A DNA stretch of 64,000 nucleotides. Source: Ruditapes philippinarum (Eukaryota). Shown here piece after piece: positions 57,452-64,000 of this stretch. The notes below the pieces were generated by a model. It was not told the DNA's origin, did no database searches, and saw nothing but the letters and a program-made list of their open reading frames with translations. Each line of letters begins with the position of its first letter. Position 1 is the stretch's first letter. A program made the translations under genes and the position numbers. The stretch spans positions 62,001-126,000 of the forward strand of contig NW_026852306.1 in NCBI RefSeq assembly GCF_026571515.1. Reading direction: 5' to 3'.

Positions 57452-60400
57452 GCACGGTAAAAAAACAAGCAAAAATATCTAAAGTTAATGTGCAGTGCAG
57501 TATCCTCTAAAACAAACAAATACTAGCTCTCCTTTGGGAAGGAATTCATTCTTGTTTGGGTTTGGCACTAACTACAATGAAACTATGATGAATTTGTTTT
57601 GTGTTTAAATACAATTTCTTTTTTTGTTTGTGCCAGGGCAATGCTCTTGTTTGTGCCAATACGATGCTTTTGTTTAAGGATATTTTTATTTTTAACAGTC
57701 ATTTTACCTTTAGCAAACTGTTACATATTCTGTTTGATTCTACAATGAATTCGCTAAAGTCAATATCTAATCAATGCCGTGGACAATTACTACAGAACGT
57801 TGAAATAATAGCAATGTACAAGAGAAAATCTCAGACCACAAGAGAGAAGGTTTACCGCAAAATATATTCCAATGAGTGTCAATTTGATGTGTGATATAGT
57901 AGTAATATCACAGTGCCATTTAAACATATTTTTAAGGTTTCTTTGACGAAACATTAATATGAGTGTAAAGAATGGATGCCATTAAAGACATACATACAGG
58001 TTTTTAAAGGATAATATCCAAGTCGAAAAGGATCGGATTGGATGTCATTAGCAACGTATATACAGATTATTTTATGAACATATGCAAATGATTAAAATTC
58101 AGTTTAAAATTGTGTTCGGTCTATGCATCTGTTATAAGGAACATGTCGAGGACTAAGACTAGTCTTTAGGGAGCCTTGATAAAATAAACAGTTTCACAGA
58201 TGTTTTAGTTCGAATAAATAAGAGACTCGAGTGTTTTGATCAAACGTTTATGTAATGCCATGTAGAATGTGGATATAAAACTCTTATTGTTAAAATAACT
58301 TAACAGAAAACAAAGAATGTCGATCAATTCAATGAGGTGAGTAAATTTTCATATTAAATTTTATTATTTAACCGTATTAGGATGTATGTCTGAAATGGGA
58401 TTGTCTAGCTTCCATGTTTTTGGGGGTTTTTTTTTGGAAGTGAAGTAGCCATTATCAATAATAGAGAAATTAAGATGTGGCGTGGATTCTAGTCAGCCAG
58501 CAGTATAGGTCATGGACAGATTGCCCGAAGATGTCCATCATGAGAAAATGTTTGAAAAATAGTGGCAACTGATGTTTACTTTCGAAGAGATTCAACTGCG
58601 GTTTGTTGTTGTTTTTTCTCGTTTCTTCTTCTTTTTTTTGTTTTGTTGTTGTTGTCTTTGTTTTTTAATGTTTTTTTTCGGGGTGTCGGAGTGGACATCA
58701 TACTGAAAATACTGTTTTCGATATTTTTGTACTGTGATAAAATAAAAACTCGTAAAATTTCAGATCACAGCTATGTACAGGAATTATCATTTATATTGTG
58801 AAAAATTACTAATAAAACATGAAAAGAGGAGAGGTTAATGATGATTTACTTTTTTATAGTTTTTTACTGTCACTTGAGCTCATTCAAGTCTTTTAAAAAC
58901 TATTTGCAGATTTACGGTCAAATTTTTATTTCCAATAAAGAATTCCTTTTATTGAGTTCGAGTATGGGTATGGTGGGTATTGTTTTCATTCATTCATTTA
59001 TTATGTTTCAAAGTAAATTTTAATCAATTTATTTCTAAAACTATTGTTATGTACGTATACATCCCTTTTTTCATTATCATATTTTCGTTTTTTAATGTCA
59101 ACTTATCTTACCTTTTACAAAGTGATTCAAGTCACTGACTCTGTCCTGTTTCCTCTATTCAATTCGATATCTTATCAAAAGTAATGGTTTTGTTTGATGA
59201 GATAAACTGTCAGAAAATAAGAGGCAAAATTTTCCATCAATAAAACTTTTTTCTATCATTTTAAGAAGTGATACGTGCTCATCATTATTTTAAACTAGCT
59301 GATAAGAATCTAGTAAGCGTTGTCTACAACTGGCAAGGTAATTTGGATGATATGAAGACAGATATTAGAACAAAAAATATAATAATTGGAAATTCTTTTC
59401 CTCTGAACATCTTGTAGGAGGATCATGATATGGGGTGACATTGGTTGTAATCATGAATTGATTATTTCATTAGAAATCTTGAAAGATTATGCTGCAGCTG
59501 TATAGATCGCTAGAAACAGAGATATTAGATTGAATGGTGAAATCACATGATGCACATTTCATGTAACTGCTGAGTGATAAATGAGTACATCTTTTATCTT
59601 GAATATTTTATCAAGCTCATTTATATACGAGGTTGGTTCAGTTGGTATTGCAGCTTTGCCTGTAAAGTAGAAAATAACACAAGCACAAAAGAGTATTTTT
59701 ATTAATGCTTATGCATTCGCATTTTTCACCGCTTAATTTTGTGCAAATATTTTACCCTTTGGTTGAATTATGTAAAGCATCTGGATTGTCTTTGTTTTAG
59801 CGTAGTCTTGAAATACTGAAAACGGCTTACTCTAGAGCATGTCTGTAATGATCTGTGAAAATGTTCGATTTCCTGGTAAAAATTGCATTACTTATTGAAT
59901 AATCATAGTAATTTCAACACAAATCTCTTTTTCTCTAGAACGATAAAATGTAAAAGATGTGAGTGTGAGGTGTGCAGGTGTGAGTTTATATTTAATTTAT
60001 TCATTTGCTTAATATTGAATTGAATGGTAAAATAAAATATGACGTAGAGCTTATACAACTGCAGAATGATAATGGAGTTAAATTGGTTTTGTTGAGTATT
60101 TGGATTAGAACATCTATTATATCAACACAAATTCCGTTTCCTATCTCAGACTGAATACCAGTTGTTTTTATGCAAAGCAAAAAGGGAAGATTTCAGATAT
60201 TTCTGCTTGCTTCTTTTTTATGAATTCCATGCGCTGATAAAAATTGACATAACGAAAAAACATAAAGCAAAAAGTTTTATCAGTTCATAAATTATCCGAT
60301 AATTAATGTAAGACATATTGCTTAAAAGAAATAAATGATTTATAAACTATTATTCCTATCAGTGCATGATTGTGATTATTTGATAAATGATTTCATGGGA

Positions 60401-60789
60401 TTCTCAAAAATCTGTTGGGAGCATTTAATTGGATATCTTGTATTGGTATATGGAATGATACAACTTACCCAGGATAAAACAGAGGGATATTGAATATGAA
60501 ATTATTCACTTGCATTGTTGGTTAATTGCATTGGTTTCCTTATTTAGTTTCATTCTCATTTGAAATAAAATAAAGCGTGTACCTAAATGGCATTGATAAG
60601 TAAAGTAAAGGTATCAAAGAAAGAAATGATAGAAGACATGGTTCATGATCATGCACTCGATCTTAAAAACATTTTAAAACATATGCATGTTAAGATATGT
60701 TTTTATTTATATCGAAAATAAGTGTACACTATTTTTAACAGATAAGAGTAAAAGTTATAGTTATATACAACAATTTGAAAGATATTCTT

Positions 60790-60975
60790 TAATATTGTCC
60801 ATGCTTTTTAATTAAGATGGGCTTGTCCTTTATTCCATCTCTACAAAATTATTCACCATTGTAAGGAAAATGTCAAAATATGTATTACTGAATAGCGAAC
60901 AATGCAGACCTTGATCAGACGTCAGTCATTGATGTCCCGGCTGATCTTGGTCTGCAGTTTCCGTTAAATAGCTCT
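60790..60975. mobile_element. Degenerate bivalve MITE-like repeat
   Basis: actgaatagcgaacaatgcagaccttgatcagacg...ggctgatcttggtctgca hairpin core, related in style to the palindromic MITEs above. Boundaries approximate. Confidence 0.5.
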
Positions 60976-61534
60976 ATGCTCTGTCATTAGAAGACATAAA
61001 TGCGTACCAAAATCATAAACGTATATATAGTGATTTCTTACATATTAATATTATAAATGAATTGAAATATGATGACAGATACTTTCATGTAATATTAGAG
61101 TCATACGTACAACGCCGATATATTGCAAAAATTAGGGTTTTCAATTTTAATATCGAATTCAATTTTTCTATAAATCATGATTTATTCACATGTTATATTA
61201 CTGGTACCACTCAAATATTTATTTTATACCATCGATGAAAATAAACATTATATACAAAAATTGAATACTTATAAATGATTACGAAATAAAATCAGACATT
61301 GTTCTACATGTACGTGTATTTAATTAAAGATAGTGTGAGAGACGACGATAATTCAATAGTACTCATCTCCAAATTCATGCCTTTTTAATGGACATTAAAA
61401 TGTGTTCGAAATCGGAAATGTGTTTTCAAGTGTACAAATAAACTGATTTCAGATTATCTAAATAAATGTAATCACTAAAAGAGTAATAGATCTTACTGCA
61501 TAAGTTATGTACTGTTACTTTTGTTGTGTGTGTG

Positions 61535-61665
61535 NNNNNNNNNNNNNNNNNNNNNNNNNNNNNNNNNNNNNNNNNNNNNNNNNNNNNNNNNNNNNNNNNN
61601 NNNNNNNNNNNNNNNNNNNNNNNNNNNNNNNNNNNNNNNNNNNNNNNNNNNNNNNNNNNNNNNNN
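61535..61665. other. Assembly gap (N run) after (TG)n
   Basis: Run of N. Confidence 1.
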
Positions 61666-62074
61666 TTATATCTACATGACTGTACATAATTTATTAGATA
61701 TGTAAGATATTTTTTCATTAATCTTATATTTTGAAAAAACTAATATTTATCTTTAATGTTGTGGCTTTGATATTTAAAATATGAAAACAACACGTGATTT
61801 GTATGCCAATACAAACCACCATGTATTCAGTGTAGTAGTTATATTCATTTTCAAATGTAGTTATATTCATTTTCAAACATTGACATATACTGTGTCGCTG
61901 TGACGTAAAACACAATCAAGCAATCAAATTAACCGTTACCATCGAATTTTTCTTTTTGTCCTGAATTTTTCTTCTAGTATCAAAATAATATCCCTTTTAA
62001 ATGAAAATATTTCTATAATCAAGATAAAGATTATGCTGAACCTTTCATAATTTATATAATAAAGGTAATGAATG

Positions 62075-62615
62075 TTTTTACAAGACATTACTTCTATTTT
62101 CACAGTGCTTTACAAGACATTGTTCTTTTAACCAAGGGTATTATCATTTCTACATGACATTACTTTTTTGTCACGTGCATTACATGAAACTGTTCCATTT
62201 ATCAAGTTATTATCCATTTTACAAGACATTATTTCTGTTATCAAGGTAACTTTTCTTTTTTGCATGGCATTACTGTTTGGTATTTAATGATATATCATTT
62301 TTTACATGGCACTACTTCTGTTATCAAGGTTATATCCTTTCTCTTGTAGGGCATTATTTATCGAGGTGGTATTCTGTATTTTGCATGACGCTTTTTCTAT
62401 TTCAAAACTTATATTCGTTTTCAAAAATACATCATTTCTATTATCAAGGTAAATATCCTTCTTACTGGATTTTTTTCTATAGTCAAGACATTATTTTTTC
62501 TTTCATCAAGATAATATCTCGCATTTTACATGACATTATTGTCAAGGTAATATCCCGTATTTTACTTTACATAATCCCGTATTTTACTTTACATAATTAC
62601 CAAGATAATATCCTG
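62075..62615. repeat. Degenerate ~45-50-bp minisatellite
   Basis: Recurrent ttttaca(a/t)gacatta...ttatcaaggt(a/t)atatcc motif. Confidence 0.75.
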
Positions 62616-64000
62616 TTTAATCCTGTAGTGAAGCTGTTAAAGTCAATATCAAATCAGCGTGATGGCTTTGATAACTTCACGACAAATACGAAACGCTATA
62701 GACTTTGTTCTGGCAAATTGTTATGATAGCTATTCTCTGCTGTAAACACATGGATATCTGTTGCAATATCATTTACAAATGAATTCGTAGTGAGTTAATG
62801 TTATCTTATGAAGTGTTAATAATGAAACACTACAATATTAAATATTAATTAAATATATACATATCTTAGCACTTTAAAATTTTAATGTCTTGTTTGTTAA
62901 AGTTCTAAAGTTCTAATGAAATACTAATAAATGAGAATAATGTAGAAAAAAAATCAAAACCGTGCATTAGCAACTGCAGCGGAAGTGGTGATATTGGAAG
63001 GACTAGTGTAGTAAAATCAAGGGAAGTAATTGAATGAGAGATAAAATCTATAATGTAGGGACTTACTTACGGCTAAAAAACATTTACTCAAGGTACTCGT
63101 GTTGAAAGACTTGACTTGACAAAAACAAACGATTTTTGTCTGCACAATGTAAGTAATGCTAAGTTGCTAGAAGTCTTTGCTGACATTGATAATTACATTG
63201 TCTGGTGTTGTAACTGTGCTTAGTAAGTAATTTCGTCTTTGAAGGCTATTCCTTTCTCCTGATTGACATCGATCACATGTCCGTTTTTTGACAATACTAC
63301 ACATATATTGTGAATTGCGCAATTTTTTAAGAGGGCTAAAACTTCAAAACTATTTTCGGAATTCGATATGAATGATTTGATAAGACTGCTTTTATTGCAA
63401 AAAATATCGTTCTTTCTTAGGTAAGAGAGGAAAGCACTGTTTTTTTTACTGCATTCTACCATTTAAGAATTATTTTTGTTTTATAAGTCATATTATTTCA
63501 ATAATAATTTGATTATTTGTATTTGTTTTCTTGTTGATGTGTTTTTGTTGTTGTTGTTGTTGTTTTGTTGTACTTTTACTCCGTCTTTGACACATTTGTT
63601 GGTCATATTTCGACCGTCGATCAAACATACATTGTACTAGTATAACTCGCCTAAGGACAAAACAAAAGACTATCTGATTGCTCATCCGGTGCTATGCCTA
63701 TTGAGCGTCGGGATCAGCAAAGCTGATAAAATATTTTGAATTTCTGAGACTTATTTTAATGAATCAAACCATGAGAGACAATGTAAAGTGTTACATCTTT
63801 CACACCATTCAGCATCGGCATTACGTAATTCATTACATTTGTTTATCAATCTAATAAAGTTACTTTATTCTAATAGGTATAGAATCTGGATAAAGTGTGA
63901 TCCCTCGGAATCACAGCAAATTCACATGAAAATTAAAGACTTGGTTTGAACGTGTCTGTACATGAGGAATAATTAAAAAATGCAACATCCCTCACAACCC

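Noticed and set aside
53166-59023. Several short hydrophobic ORFs resembling membrane peptides
   Set aside because: Arise from T-rich low-complexity DNA, with no splice or motif support.
62277-62726. 149-aa hydrophobic ORF
   Set aside because: Runs through an AT-rich minisatellite; F/Y/I-biased with no domain features.

Overview
AT-rich, intron-rich animal genomic DNA, most likely a bivalve mollusc. That assignment is inferred from the repeat families present (palindromic TGAGCCGCG MITE, Meta-type tRNA-SINE, pearl/HINE-like repeat, RTE-X-like LINE). There are three assembly gaps. Genes supported by splice sites and protein motifs: (1) the 3' end of a + strand gene whose last exon matches the M4 helix pattern of Cys-loop ligand-gated channels (3425-10776), with a nested, frameshifted G2E3/HECT-associated gene fragment in its intron; (2) a head-to-head inverted pair of 3-exon Hairy/E(spl) (HES) bHLH-Orange genes ending in WRPF (14845-17440 minus, 20138-22062 plus), sharing a conserved promoter rich in HES-type binding sites; (3) a divergent class A-like 7TM receptor (27517-29223); (4) a 7-exon proline iminopeptidase (peptidase S33) with an intact catalytic triad but altered substrate-pocket residues (30765-35888); (5) a DUSP19 orthologue whose first exon encodes a beta-thymosin/WH2-like motif (38658-40561 minus); (6) an intronless TRIM (RING, B-box, coiled coil, long linker, NHL-like propeller; 45625-48330 minus). 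The remainder is LINE fragments, SINEs, several MITE/DNA-transposon families and minisatellites. I see no wholly new system. The best leads are the HES pair with candidate auto-repression sites (including an intronic repeat expansion that multiplies CACGCG sites in one paralog), the remodelled aminopeptidase, the thymosin-like DUSP19 N-terminus and the atypical M4 exon. All calls are by eye; no database searches were run.
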